From assembly GCF_964355755.1 (NCBI RefSeq), contig NC_092672.1, forward strand, positions 27,348,437 to 27,412,436: DNA of 64,000 bases, read 5' to 3'. Shown in pieces: positions 13,501-24,966 of this stretch. This stretch comes from Antedon mediterranea (Eukaryota; Animalia; Echinodermata). How positions within the stretch are numbered: the first letter of the stretch is position 1; each line of letters begins with the position of its first letter. Under the pieces are notes generated by a model. That model saw only the letters and a program-made list of their open reading frames with translations, was not told the DNA's origin and did no database searches. Made by a program: the position numbers and the translations under genes.

Positions 13501-13608
13501 TCGTGTTGTGTCCGTTGGATATTGTGCTCCGCCAACAGAGCAAACAGAATTTCTATGTTTTTCCTAAAACAAATGATAATAAATGATACTTGACTTGACT
13601 TGACTTGA
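10535..13608 (+). mobile_element. Near full-length non-LTR retrotransposon (Rex1/Babar-like; APE endonuclease + RT)
   Basis: ORFs 10571-11044 and 10992-13469 joined by one frameshift. Motifs RRRGRRGG, NVRSL, TETWL, CRPFYLPRE, GDFN, SDH, GVPQG, FADD. 3' AATAAA plus (ACTTG)n tail; 36-T run at the 5' junction. Confidence 0.92.
10992..13469 (+). CDS. LINE endonuclease/reverse transcriptase main frame (N-terminus in frameshifted ORF 10571-11044)
   Basis: 825-aa open frame with APE and RT motifs (YRPITLTS, DFSSAFNTI, GVPQGCVLSP, FADD). Confidence 0.9.
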   Translation: MIKMYPISTSPQNFGMYRQDRDSEAVGKSRGGGVCLLVNQNWCKDVKNLSAICTSQLEALTIRCRPFYLPRELTSLIITVVYIPPDANAESAATQLSTIVTDNELKHPNATSIILGDFNHVNLKKTLPKLFQHVTVATRNNNILDHCYTTIKDAYRSLKRPPLGESDHNLIYMIPRYRCQFKREAVKSRMISKWTPDNIMKLQGCFDCTDWNAFKDSSDINLCTESVISYIKFCQDICIDKDVVKIYPNQNPWFNKSIKDLIRNRDRAFRSNDKDLFRKSKYELRKGINKAKREYKNRLEEDISSGDSRELWKSLNKITNYKPKSDKINSNDDLPQRLNDFFSRFDTPPLHEDNNYENGNDVPLVVLEENTCIEFSRCKSNKSAGPDGISPMLVKHCCKQIAHIFTYIFNFSLISQIIPRCFKDSIIVPIPKRSPIETLNDYRPITLTSDLMKCFEHIVLNYLKAKCPRDLDQYQFAYRPNRSTEDAVSITLHRILEHLERDKRYARILYIDFSSAFNTIVPYKLHTKMVEIGFDISICNWVLNFLTDRPQRTKVGTTISDKRIINTGVPQGCVLSPFLFTLFTYDCVTYYSNCHIAKFADDTTIVGLINDDSDESNYRNQVKRVVDWCNENNLFLNVSKTKEMVVDFRKSLNVKYPIFINGISVEFVEEFKFLGIYISNDLKWHINTRNIIRKAQRRIYFLRRLKSFGINSEIMSSFYRSVIESVITYSLTVWFGSATENEKRDLNRIVKTASRIIGSTQLPLENIFSDRLLKKAVAIKDDHFHPASSMFQLMRSGRRFRSIKANKARFTNSFFPGSIRALNMM

Positions 13609-15789
13609 CAAACAGCACACGAAACTCTCGAGTGTATTTAACTTCAAACAATACATCAGGTCATTCTAAGAAAAAAGTTTATAAAATTGCTTAGTGACAC
13701 GAGTTTGGAACTATTTTATTCATGTGCTTTCTTGTTTACCAAAGGCCGGTTTATACTAAGAATGAAAACATGCGACAACAAATACATAAACTTAAATTTT
13801 TCTTACATAAAATATAATAAATTAGAAATGTTTTCATTCTACAACTAAGATAACCATTTATTCTGTCTTTTTAAAATTCAATCAAATGATATCATGATCA
13901 CTATTAAGAACAAAGACATCATTTTACCGTCACAATATTATTGCTCTGACTATTCATGATGCCATTTTATTGAGCTTGTAAAAATATTATTTTCAATCAA
14001 GGCAGCATAAATGGTTTAATAAATCTAGGAAAAAAACTTTCTTGATTGCTTTTATTTTTTTGTATAAAAAAAAGACATTTTGCCACCCTCTATAACCACC
14101 AATGTATTTTGTCTGATTTGCCCTTTGACCTTCAGTACCTAGTGTATATCCTTACCCGTTATTCTCACATTACAAGGGATTCCTATTGGATACTCTCCTA
14201 CAACATCATCTTCATATATGTCACCTAACTTGATGTTTTTAGTAGCAAACTAAAAATTCAATAATCAATTTTGTATTAATCGGAGTATTACAACTTAACC
14301 GTACTTAACTAAAAATCTATAAGGATAAGTTTAAAACTAGAAACCCTTAGTTTCTGTAGTTACTGTACATACAGGGCTATTCACAGTTTCGTTTGAACAA
14401 TTGAAAGCAATTCAACACAACCTAACTCGTTACCTGATTTTATTCAGTTGTGTTAAGTTGTTGGGAGCGAGCATGTAAACTTCTGTGTCATAAACTACTA
14501 ACACCACTGTTAGGAGGCTCACAGTGATTTATTAACTCATGGCTTGGCAAATTTATTCAAGTGGACAAAGACGGAAAATATATCAGTCCAGCCAATACTA
14601 GGTGACTTGTTAAAAGTAGATAGACTTGAAAGGAAGTTTAAAGAATAAAAAGCTAAGTTAGGTCGACACAAAACTGGTTGAAACTAATCAGGGTCACAAA
14701 TACAACGCGTGCGACAAAAGTCATCAGTTAAAATAGAATAATGGACACAAGTATCGAACTGATGGCAAACATTTGCACTTAAACACAATAATGCTATTCA
14801 AAGTTAAGTTCAATTAAAAGCAACTCAATGCATCACTACTCATGTGTTGCTTTGCGTTGCATTTAGTTTCCCGGAGCACATGTGTAGTTCCGTGCCGAGC
14901 ACCTTGGCCCACCTTAAAGTGTACTTACTGTTTCTAGTATTCTTGGAAAGCTATAATAACATTGCTGTCCATCATAAAGATGATAAGAGATTAATTTATT
15001 TGCTGAAATGTTTAAATCTATGGCATCATTTCCAAACATCTAGTGAAAGAACCAAAAGATCCAAAAACAATTTCACAAAAAATAAAGCAACTTCAAATAA
15101 AGAGACAGGACACATTAAAAAAATAAGAAAATCAAATAATACTTATTTGCATGTTGATCAGCATATAGACCATTTTAGTTGGACATGCACAAATGCACAT
15201 TATCTTCCTTTGTAAAAGCGTCGTAAATATATGTTACCTTTACATTTATTTCAAACATGGCAATTAGTTCAAATGGGTAAACTTGAAAAACAGCGAAGGC
15301 CAACCATGACACCTGGCCACCATCCTCCTAAATGATAAAGAACAATAAATTATACTATATGTAAAAAGGAATCCAGGCAATGAATCGAAATTACACAATG
15401 TAATAATAGCACACTAAATACAGCTACTAATAATACAGCAATGCTTTATCAATTGTAGATCATTCAAATGTGTTATAATACAATAGTGTATATATGCATG
15501 TAGCGGGGAATTTATTTTAGGAAAAATAAAGGGCTATAGGGCCTTTTATTCGAATAAATAAGAGATGTCAAATGTATATAGTAAACTGAAAATAAAAAAA
15601 AATGGCATCTAAAATAAAAATCTGTAATGGTGGTTTAAATAAATTTAAATGCTAACATTTTCAAAGGATGTTGACTTGACAACGACTGTTTCCAATTCCT
15701 CATCCCATGACAAATTTCTAAAAGATAACAACAAATTCAGTTAGTTTGAAGGGGTTTTTATTTCTTTAATAACAATGTCGTTCATTATA

Positions 15790-16055
15790 TAGTGTTTAAT
15801 GCTCAAGGCCTCTAAGGGCCTCAAAACATTACCCTGGTCATTTTTTGGATCAAAATGTATGGAAACGTACTTCCATATTGTTGCAGCTAGTAATCAGCGC
15901 AGTTTGTCTTTTGATTTATAAATCCATTTGTACACCTGGGTGGAGAGAGGCACACAAAGGTAAAGTGTCTTGCCTAAGGATACAAGCAATGCGACGAGCA
16001 GACTTGAACTCCAGATCTCACGATCAATGTTCCAAAACCAACGAACTGCGCGACA
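15790..16055 (-). mobile_element. tRNA-derived CORE-like SINE
   Basis: Minus strand has a B-box-like GAGTTCAAGTC, then CCTTAGGCAAGACACTTTACC...CTCTCCACCCAGGTGTA. Related copies at 54740-54875 (+) and 17045-17130. Confidence 0.55.
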
Positions 16056-18592
16056 ATTTCTCTTGTTATTTCTAATTATTATTTTTTAAATGTAGTGTAT
16101 CATTATGTTTCACTATATGTGATTTTGAACTAAATTTTGAATTTATCAATACTGTAAAACATACTTAAATTTATATTTTCTTGACAAGTAAACAGATTGT
16201 AAAACTTCACCAGTGTCAAGATGAACTCTTTGTAGCAGATTGTTGGAAGTTAGAACTAGAAGATGAGGTTGATAACCTTTGAACTTCATCATACTTGGTT
16301 CAAGATTGTTCTAAAATAAATTTATTAAAGAAATACATAATTAATTGTGAGTTTCAAATTTGCTATGACTAATGATGCAATACAAGTATTAAGTAGGGAG
16401 CAAGCAACTTTCAAGTATTCGTATTGACAAAAAAACTTGACATATATAGAGGTAGAGAGGAAACAGGACAGCCAAAGGTGGCGCGGAAAGACATGGTAAA
16501 GAAAGAAAGCATGAATGTTGTCCAGAGGTGTTTATCTAAGGGTAGATAAAGTCTACCTTCTTGGAGTTTGAATAGATTCTGTTTTTGCAAACCGAAATAA
16601 ATTGTAAACCAACCAGGGCTCAGGAAATGAAATGTCAAAAATGAGCTAATGAGCATTCATGCAAACTCTCTTGATTTGTGTGGAAAGTGTGTAGCATGAA
16701 TTTTTCTAATTCCTCTGCGTATACATATGATTTGTGCAAACAAATTTTCCTACTGGAAAATTAGGAATTACACAAAGTAACTTTTAGTTTTTTACTGTAC
16801 CACATTCACACTGCATATTAATGCATCATAAAACTCTTCTTCTTGATTTTCAGACTGTTTGTACAACAAGCCTGGCAATCCATTTAAGCCATTACTGAAA
16901 ACAAAAATATAACTACATTATTCCTCATGTATGTATTCATGTATGTATACCCAATCGCTAAAAAACAAGACTTTTTTTTTTTTTTTATTTATATAAAATG
17001 TTTTTAAACATGACATCTTGTCAAACAATACTTGTTCTTTTAGCACTTATTGTACAATGCCTCACTTACCCTGGTAATTTTTTGGATCAAAAACATATTT
17101 CCCATAATGCAGCTAGTAATACGCACTATTGTTTTGACCTTATGCCCAAAACTGACCCAAAATCTTTACAGTAATTAATTTGCATCAAATTTATTCTCAG
17201 GTTTCTGTTTGTGGAAGTCAATTGAATATTTGTCAAACGGTTAGAAGGCATGGAACTGATTGTATCGCAATCACAGATAAAACTCTTGATCGAAAAGAGC
17301 TCAGCATACTGTTGTTAGATTGCCTTGGTTTGGGCAAATGAAAACTTTTTGAAGACTTATTTCACATCATTTTTAAACATTTGACTAATAAATACTATTT
17401 TTTTTCATAAAAGTTAATAAAATAAAACAAATACTTGACTCCAAAAGATTTGTTAGTTCTTACCAAGAATAACATGTTTTGTAATTGTCCAAATACAATC
17501 TTTTTCTGGAAAAAAAATAGACAGTGATTGAAACTGTGAAACTAAACAAAGAGTAACAGATACTGTAGCTAGGAGTTTGATACATTGTAAAAAAACTATA
17601 ACACAACATAGACCTATTTGTGACATGGTCGGTTTGGTACTCAGGCTTGAGATTTACTAATTGTGACACCATATCCAACAGAAACGTCTTCTCAGGGCAA
17701 TTCATTATAATCCCCAAGTTGTTTTGAAATTTGGTTTAATAAAATATTGATTCAGATTTGTGAAAAAACATGAGATTATAGGTGTTTGGTAGCATAAGAA
17801 AAGGAAGAATCTACAGAGAAACCGACATCAAGATGTACACAAAATTTTATCAAAATTAAGTTTACAACCTTTTAATCTTCAGGTTTAAAAAACATTTATC
17901 AATTCCATCAATTAACATGTACTAGTAGGGGTTTCCATTGGTCTTTGGTCTTTGATAGGCATTTGAGGTATTTGCTTTTGAAACATCCTTTCGGCTGGAC
18001 AGGTGGATTTTTTTATTTATTTTTCCATATTATTATTCTCAATTTAGTGGCATAAAATTCAGGGATTCCATAAAAACCAACAAATAAAGCAACATGCCTA
18101 TTATATTTGAATAGATACTTACTCCTCGTACACAATATGGGACCTTGATTGAATTTGCCATACTTTCTTGTATTTAGCAGATTTCTACAACAAAATATAC
18201 AACATATCATCATGAAGCTTCTTGTGCATCACTAGTTAGCCAGTTCCTTTATTGTAATGTTAGTTCTTAAAACTCATACAGTGACAGTGTTGATTTTTAT
18301 GTTAAAAGTATAATATGGTGCGCTTCATAGATATTCGATAATTAAGTACACACAACTATCATCTTCCTATACTATGCAAAATATCATTTGAATATAGTCA
18401 CACATCTAGGCTACACTGGGCATAATATTATACAAATAATTAATGTTTTTTATGAGTGTAATGGTACAAATAATGGCATGAGGTGAATGATAAAAGGTTA
18501 TATTTTAACGAGGCGCTAGCTCTGAGTTGAAATATAACCTTTCTTCATAATATCCTAATTGCCATCAGGCCAAGGCTAGACCCAGCTGGGCT

Positions 18593-20127
18593 GTAGACCG
18601 GCAGCCTAGAGACATTTGGTTAGATGAGCCAGGTACCAATATCTGACTATTTGAGTGTGTTGGGGGTCACTTGAAGTGAATGAAAATGGGAGTCTGCCGG
18701 GTACCCCCTGCTGCGTCTAGACCGGGGGGACCCCGAAACGTGCTAAAAAATCGGCACAGGTTAGATGAGAGAGATACCACCTAATTTTACCACCATGGGA
18801 TGCCCATTGGCATCCTTATAACAGTATCACAAACGACAGACCTTTTCTCTGCTGCAAAAGGCCCGCCAGACCCCCCGAGGGAGGGCCTAAAATGGGGTTA
18901 GCATAGATGAGTGAGGTACCACTCAAAATCAATTCCAAACGAACAAGTTGTGTTCATACAATACTAAATGGATAACAACAGACTAATTGTCTGCTGCACC
19001 GCAAGTGCCAGACACCCTAAAGTTAGGCCCCCTTCCCCCAACTAACCCAGCTTAGATATTGTAGATACCACCAGCAACCAATGTTATATGATTTAGCACA
19101 TTGTAAGCAATACCAAATGACCTATTACAGACTATCTGTACACTGCTCTGGCCCTGGCAGACCCCTCTAAAGTTAGACTAGAGACCCCTCTTTCCCCAAC
19201 TAGCCCAGCTTAGATATTGTAGATACCACCAGCAACCAATGTTATATGATTTAGCACATTGTAAGCAATCACCAAATGACCTATTACAAACTATCTGTAC
19301 ACTGCCTTGGCCCTGGCAGACCCCTCTAAAGTTCGACTAGAGACTCCATTCCCCCAACTGGCCTAGCTTAGATATTGTAGATACCACCAGCAACCAATGT
19401 TATAATTATGATTTAGCACATTGTAAGCAATACCAAATGACCTATAACAGACTATCTGTACACTGCCTTGGCACTGGCAGACCCCTCTAAAGTTCCCCCA
19501 TTTACCCCAAGTATATCCTTAGATATTGTAGATACCACCAAAAAAACCACACAAAACAACATATTTAATTGAATAAAGTTTAACTTTAATCGAACTAACA
19601 CAAAACAATTGAAAATATATCACATCAATGACAATAAAATGACCATTACCATTTTAAAGGGAAAAATAGTTTTAGAGTTTCACTTCAAACTTATATAAGC
19701 CAAATATAAACAAGTACGGATTCGAGTAAATTTAGCATTCCTGCTAAGAATTGTGAGGATCTGGAATTCCTTGCCTTTGAATGTCAAAGATACATTCGTC
19801 TGTAACTCTTGCAACCTATTTTAAGAGAAAGCTTAGTAATCACCTTAATCAAATTCAGGATTGTAGTAACTTAATCAAAAGTGATTTGATTAATTAATAG
19901 TTGGTAATTTTAAATGCTGTATATTATAATCTTAATCCTCTATATATATTTATATATATAAATCCAAAGGCAAATAACTGAAAAAATGACAATGCTGTGG
20001 GTATCAGTGGCTGAATCTCAATGGAGATACAAAAAAAAATTGAAAAGCTAAATCAAAAGGCTAAAGTAAAACAGCCAGAAACGTTAGCAGAGCTTTCGGG
20101 CAACACTAGCCCTTCATCATTGCAAGT
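18593..20127. repeat. Left arm of long inverted repeat (about 1.5 kb) with internal ~158-bp tandem subrepeats
   Basis: Reverse complement of 22490-23866. Motif CTTAGATATTGTAGATACCACCA recurs near 19050, 19208, 19366 and 19518. Confidence 0.95.
20087..20126 (-). ncRNA. Minimal type I hammerhead ribozyme motif (core C>A mutated)
   Basis: Minus strand: TTGCA-aTGATGA-AGGGC TAGTGTT GCCC-GAAA-GC-TC-TGC; lies 3' of the Penelope ORF in sense orientation. Confidence 0.7.
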
Positions 20128-20244
20128 GAAGGATAAGAGCTGGCAAGTGCTGCCTGGGTGGACAGGAATAAAAGAAATACAACAAAAGGAGACAGGGTGG
20201 AGTCTGAATAAGAGTAGAAAACAAAGAAGGTAGCTTGGTAGAGA

Positions 20245-20398
20245 TACAGTATAAACAATTTTGGAATGAAACTAAACACGGCCAACAGCCATAAGTCGCG
20301 TGCTAAAACGCATAGTGATACCGGACCGACAGACAGACCGACAGACCGACCGACCGCCGACATAGTGAACTATAGAGTCGCGTCCACGCGACTAAAAA
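20245..20398. mobile_element. Short dispersed repeat with (GACC/GACA)n microsatellite inserted in the Penelope 3' region
   Basis: ACCGACCGAC...GACATAGTGAACTATAGAGTCGCGTCCACGCGACTAAAAA; related copy at about 61785-61890. Confidence 0.55.
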
Positions 20399-20432
20399 CA
20401 GCTTAAATGGTGGTTAATATTGATACTTAAAT

Positions 20433-22250
20433 TTAGGTAGACAATGGAATAATTTTACCAACCTGGGAGTATGTTTCTAATGTTAAGTACAAAAGGTTTT
20501 GTGGTTTTAAGTTGTAATTCCCAGTGGTTTTCCTTGTCTTTGCAAGTTTTGTCGCTCCATTTGACACATGGAATATTGCAATAACTCTGAAATTTGTTAT
20601 CGAGTGACCAGATGAATTAAAATGTTCGGCTACAGGTTGAACAAGCTTTAATGTGTTGATAGCTGATCTGTGTTGTGTCATTCTCATACGGAGAGTGTTT
20701 TTGGTTTCTCCGACGTATGTTTGCCACAAATATTACAGTATATGAGATAAATGACGTTTTTGGTTAGACAATTAATTGATTGTCTTATCCGAAAAATGTG
20801 GCCAGTTTGGTTACTCTTAAATTTTTCAGTAGAATCAACCAATGAACAAGTTTTGCAAGATTTGCCGCAAAGGTGACTGCCCAAATTTTGACTGTCATGA
20901 GAGTTAATTTCACTCTTACATTTGGATCTGACTAATATATCACGAAGGTTGGGAGGTCTACGAAATGCAATAATGGGTAGTTCCGGAAAAACAGTCCTGA
21001 GACGTTCTGTGGGCTGTAGAATGGGCATATGTTTCTCAATAAATTAATAGCCCCGTAATGGAGGCAACCTAGGTTGATAGGTTTGTAATTTCTATTCCGG
21101 AGATGTCCGGTTAGTTCTTCGGTACGATTCTGAAAATCTAAATCTGAAGAACAGATAGGTCTGATAGGTAATGCTTTACTGTTCGGTATGTTTTTAGTAC
21201 AGTGTTGGGGATGACAACTGCTAGGGAGCAGGTACATATTTTTATCAGTGGGTTTACGGAATAGGTCAGTTTTGAGAGTACCATTTTCTATGGTCACTAT
21301 AGTGTCCACAAAATCAACGCTACTAGTGGATTTGGTAACTGTAAATCTTAGGATCGATGGAGTGTTTTTTTTTACCATCACAGAAACAGATTTTGCCACC
21401 TTATCCGCAATTTCCGGGGTGGGTTCCGTTGTGAGTTTACGATATATAATGAAGCTGTCTTAAGGATTCCTCTTAATAAAATTTGATGTCCATAGCAACA
21501 GTGGCAGAACCTTTATCAGCGGGTTTAATGATGATATCATTACGCTGACGCAATTTGGCAATGGCCTGCCTCTCTTGTTTTGAGATTGTCACGTTTATCT
21601 GGACTCGGGACGTAGTTTTGTACATCCTCCTCAATAGCCTGGATAAATGTTTCTAAAGCTGGACAACGATTTTTAGGTGGATTCCAGGAACTTTTTGGTT
21701 TAAATTTGTTAACGTTGCATTCGTTTTGCGTGGTGCTGCTGTCTGAATCAGCAAAATATTCACGTAATCGTAATCTTCTAGAAAAAGACTCTATATCCAA
21801 AGATAGTTGTTGTGCGCCGACCTGCCTTGGTTTTGGGCAGAATTTAAGTCCTCGGGAAGGAAGTTTTTTCTCTCCTTCGGAAAGTCAACAATTAATTTCA
21901 ACAACTGAATCAGAGGTGTTGCTCTGATTCTTGTAATATGTCCCAACGAACCTTCTGCAGGGTTTCCTAAAAGCCCTGAAGTCATCCGAAGGTAGAGTCA
22001 TTTGTGTTGAAATGACCAAGTCTGCATATTAGACCAAATTTGTGATGTTCCCTTCGGGTCATTACCGTTGATTGTTTACGGCAGTCATTGGCGATAATCC
22101 TGAGTTTGTTTTGAAACTAGGATGCAGGAAGTTCTCTTTTCAACTTCTTAGTTCTAGAGTGAATTTCAACGTCAAACTCAGTGAGGATTTTGCGGCAATT
22201 GTCAATTTGGATCTCATTGAGATCTCTAATTTTGTTCAAATACCTTTTTT
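20433..22250 (-). mobile_element. Degenerate Penelope-like element ORF (RT remnant + GIY-YIG endonuclease)
   Basis: Fragments FSRRLRLREYF, IIIKPADKGSATV, DLFRKPTDKNMYLLPSSCHP, NVIYLIYCNIC..YVGETK..LRMRMTQHR, WELQLKTTKPFVLNIR. Frameshifted, RT core deleted; 5' boundary approximate. Confidence 0.9.
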
Positions 22251-22360
22251 AATAGATACAGTACTACATATCTACATAAATAAAGTACATAAAAAAAAAT
22301 TATATATATTTATAATTTTTTTTTTAAATATTTTTTTCGATCGAGATACGGTATTGTTCA

Positions 22361-22403
22361 GTCTATCTGAAGATCGTTTAACGTGAAACACCGTGTAATA
22401 GAC
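22361..22403 (+). ncRNA. Candidate type I hammerhead ribozyme (second sequence family)
   Basis: GTCTAT-CTGAAGA-TCG TTTAA CGT-GAAA-CAC C GTG-TA-ATAGAC: 6-bp stem I, complete core, GUA cleavage triplet; stem II closing pair mismatched. Confidence 0.65.
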
Positions 22404-22489
22404 CTCCGTGTTCCATCTACTTTATAAAAATATATATTCGCTCTTGATTCCAATTGAGCACGTTTGCAGCCTCAACGCATCTATATAAG

Positions 22490-23866
22490 ACTTGCACTGA
22501 TGAAGGGCTAGTGTTGCGCGAAAGCTCTGCTAACTTTTCTGGCTGTTTACTTTATCGTTTTGATTTAGCTTTTCGCTTTTTTTTGTATCTCCATTGAGAT
22601 CCAGCCACTGATACCCACAGCATTGTCATTTTTTCAGTAATTTGCCTTTGGATTTATAAATATATATATACATATGAATACAGGATTAAGATTATAATAT
22701 ACAGCATTTAAAATTACCCACTATTAATTAATCAAATCACTTTAGATTAAGTTACTACAATCCTGAATTTGATTAGGGTGATTACTAAGCTTTCTCTCAA
22801 AATATGTCCAAGAGTTACAGACGGATGTATCTTTGACATCCAAAGGCAAGGAATGCTAAATTTACCCGAATCCATACTTGTTATATATATTTGGCTTATA
22901 ATATATAAGTTTTAATTGAAACTCTTAAACTATTTTCCCCTTTAGAATGGTAATGGTCATTTTATCGTCATTGATATATTTTCAATTGTTTTGTGTTAGT
23001 TCGATTAAAGTTAAACTTTATTCAATTAAACATGTTGTTTTGGGTGGTTATTTTGTTGCTGCTGGTGGTATCTACAATATCTAAGGTAGGCTATATACTT
23101 GGGGTAAATGGGGGAACTTTAGAGTGGTCTGCCAGTGCCAAGGCAGTGTACAGATAGTCTGTTATAGGTCATTTTGTATTGCTTACAATGTGCTAAATCA
23201 TAATTATAACATTGGTTGCTGGTGGTATCAACAATATCTAAGCTAGGCCAGTTGGGAAAATGGAGTCTCTAGTCGAACTTTAGAGGGGTCTGCCAGGGTC
23301 AAGGCAGTGTACAGATAGTTTGTAATAGGTCATTTGGTGATTGCTTACAATGTGCTAAATCATATAACATTGGTTGCTGGTGGTATCTACAATATCTAAG
23401 CTTGGTTAGTTGGGGGAAGGGGGGCCTCTAGTCTAACTTTAGGGTGTCTGGCACTTGCGGTGCAGCAGACAATTAGTCTGTTGTTATCCATTTAGTATTG
23501 TATGAACACAACTTGTTCGTTTGGAATTGATTTTGAGTGGTACCTCACTCATCTATGCTAACCCCATTTTAGGCCCTCCCTCGGGGGGTCTGGCGGGCCT
23601 TTTGCAGCAGAGAAAAAGTCTGTCGTTTGTGATACTATTATAAGGATGCCAATGGGCATCCCATGGTGGTAAAATTTGGTGGTATCTCTCTCATCTAACC
23701 TGTGCCGATTTTTTAGCACGTTTCGGGGTCCCCCCGGTCTAGACGCAGCAGGGGGTACCCGGCAGACTCCCATTTTCATTCACTTCAAGTGACCCCCAAC
23801 ACACTCAAATAGTCAGATATTGGTACCTAGCTCATCTAACCAAATGTCTCTGGGCTGCCGGTCTAC
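22490..23866. repeat. Right arm of long inverted repeat (about 1.4 kb)
   Basis: Reverse complement of 18593-20127, with one fewer ~158-bp subrepeat and small indels. Confidence 0.95.
22492..22533 (+). ncRNA. Minimal type I hammerhead ribozyme motif (intact core, stem II mismatch)
   Basis: TTGCA-CTGATGA-AGGGC TAGTGTT GCgC-GAAA-GC-TC-TGC; TATATAA immediately upstream (22482-22488). Confidence 0.75.
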
Positions 23867-24966
23867 TGCAGCAATAAAAAAAAAACTTCGACAGGCAACC
23901 GGAACTAGAATTATAGGCTAGCCGCTATAATTATGTTTTTTCCAACGATTTCATGTCTTGTTTGTAGAGATGTTCTCATTAATAATTCATAATCCTAAAA
24001 ACGATCAAAACCTATTTAAATGCTTGATCTAAATTTGTACATATTTCTCCAAATCGTACACATCGTGTGGTGGTGTTTACAAACAAAACAGAGGCAGAAT
24101 AACAGGTGGTGCTGTTGTATTGTATTTATAAAGTAATTTGTATACTAAATTTTTTTTCATCCACAAAATTTTTTTTTTTTCATACAAAAATACTACTAAA
24201 ATACTATTAAAAGATCGTTTAATAGTGCGATCAAATGACAGGAATTATTTAGAGGTTATATAAAATCAAACATTGTATACTCTATCTCTAAGAAATATTT
24301 CAATCTTTTATCAACTAAGCCGAAGTTATTTATACAGTTATTTCTGGACATTTGGCGTGCCATACTTGGCTACCGAAATGAACATTTTGTTCTTTTGGCG
24401 TTTCATGAACTTGGCATAACCACCTGCAGAATGCACTGTACTGTGTGATAACCAGTGATTTGTAATAGCCGAAGGCTGGATAGCAATATATTGTGTTATA
24501 GCAGTTCAAGAAGTGATTCTCCATGGACCATGCCATGGAGAGGGAACCAACTTCACTGTGCTTTAACAAGAATATGTGTTGTAATTTATGTGGTCTTAAT
24601 GTATTATATAAGATTATTATTTTTTATATTAAATAATGTTTTTGAACACATTTACGGCCGCCATCTTGTTGGTTCCCCTCCTGATGTTGGAATCACTTTT
24701 CAATCAATCTGGAGTACGCCAATCTAGCCTTCGGCTTTACCTCACTGGTGATGACTCGACCGTGTCTAGAGCGTGGCGCTGTCTCCTCTCCTACTATTTT
24801 TTAGGCCTAGCCTGGACCGTATATCTGTTCAGTATTATTATTAATACTAGAGGCCTATTGATACGAAAATAAAAGGCAATTAGTACCTGTAGTATCAACT
24901 TCCTAAGTATCCTACAATTTTTGCGATAATTTCTGCCATCTATTCTTTCTCTTTCGAATATTTGTT

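Noticed and set aside
13661-13663. In-frame TGA at a Cys position as selenocysteine
   Set aside because: The same exon is broken by a LINE, no SECIS was recognised and the Cys is not a known catalytic residue; a nonsense mutation is simpler.
23558-23779. 79-codon-scale GC-rich ORF duplicated in the inverted arms (73 aa)
   Set aside because: No recognisable domain; the left-arm copy has a stop (ACC TAA near 18780).
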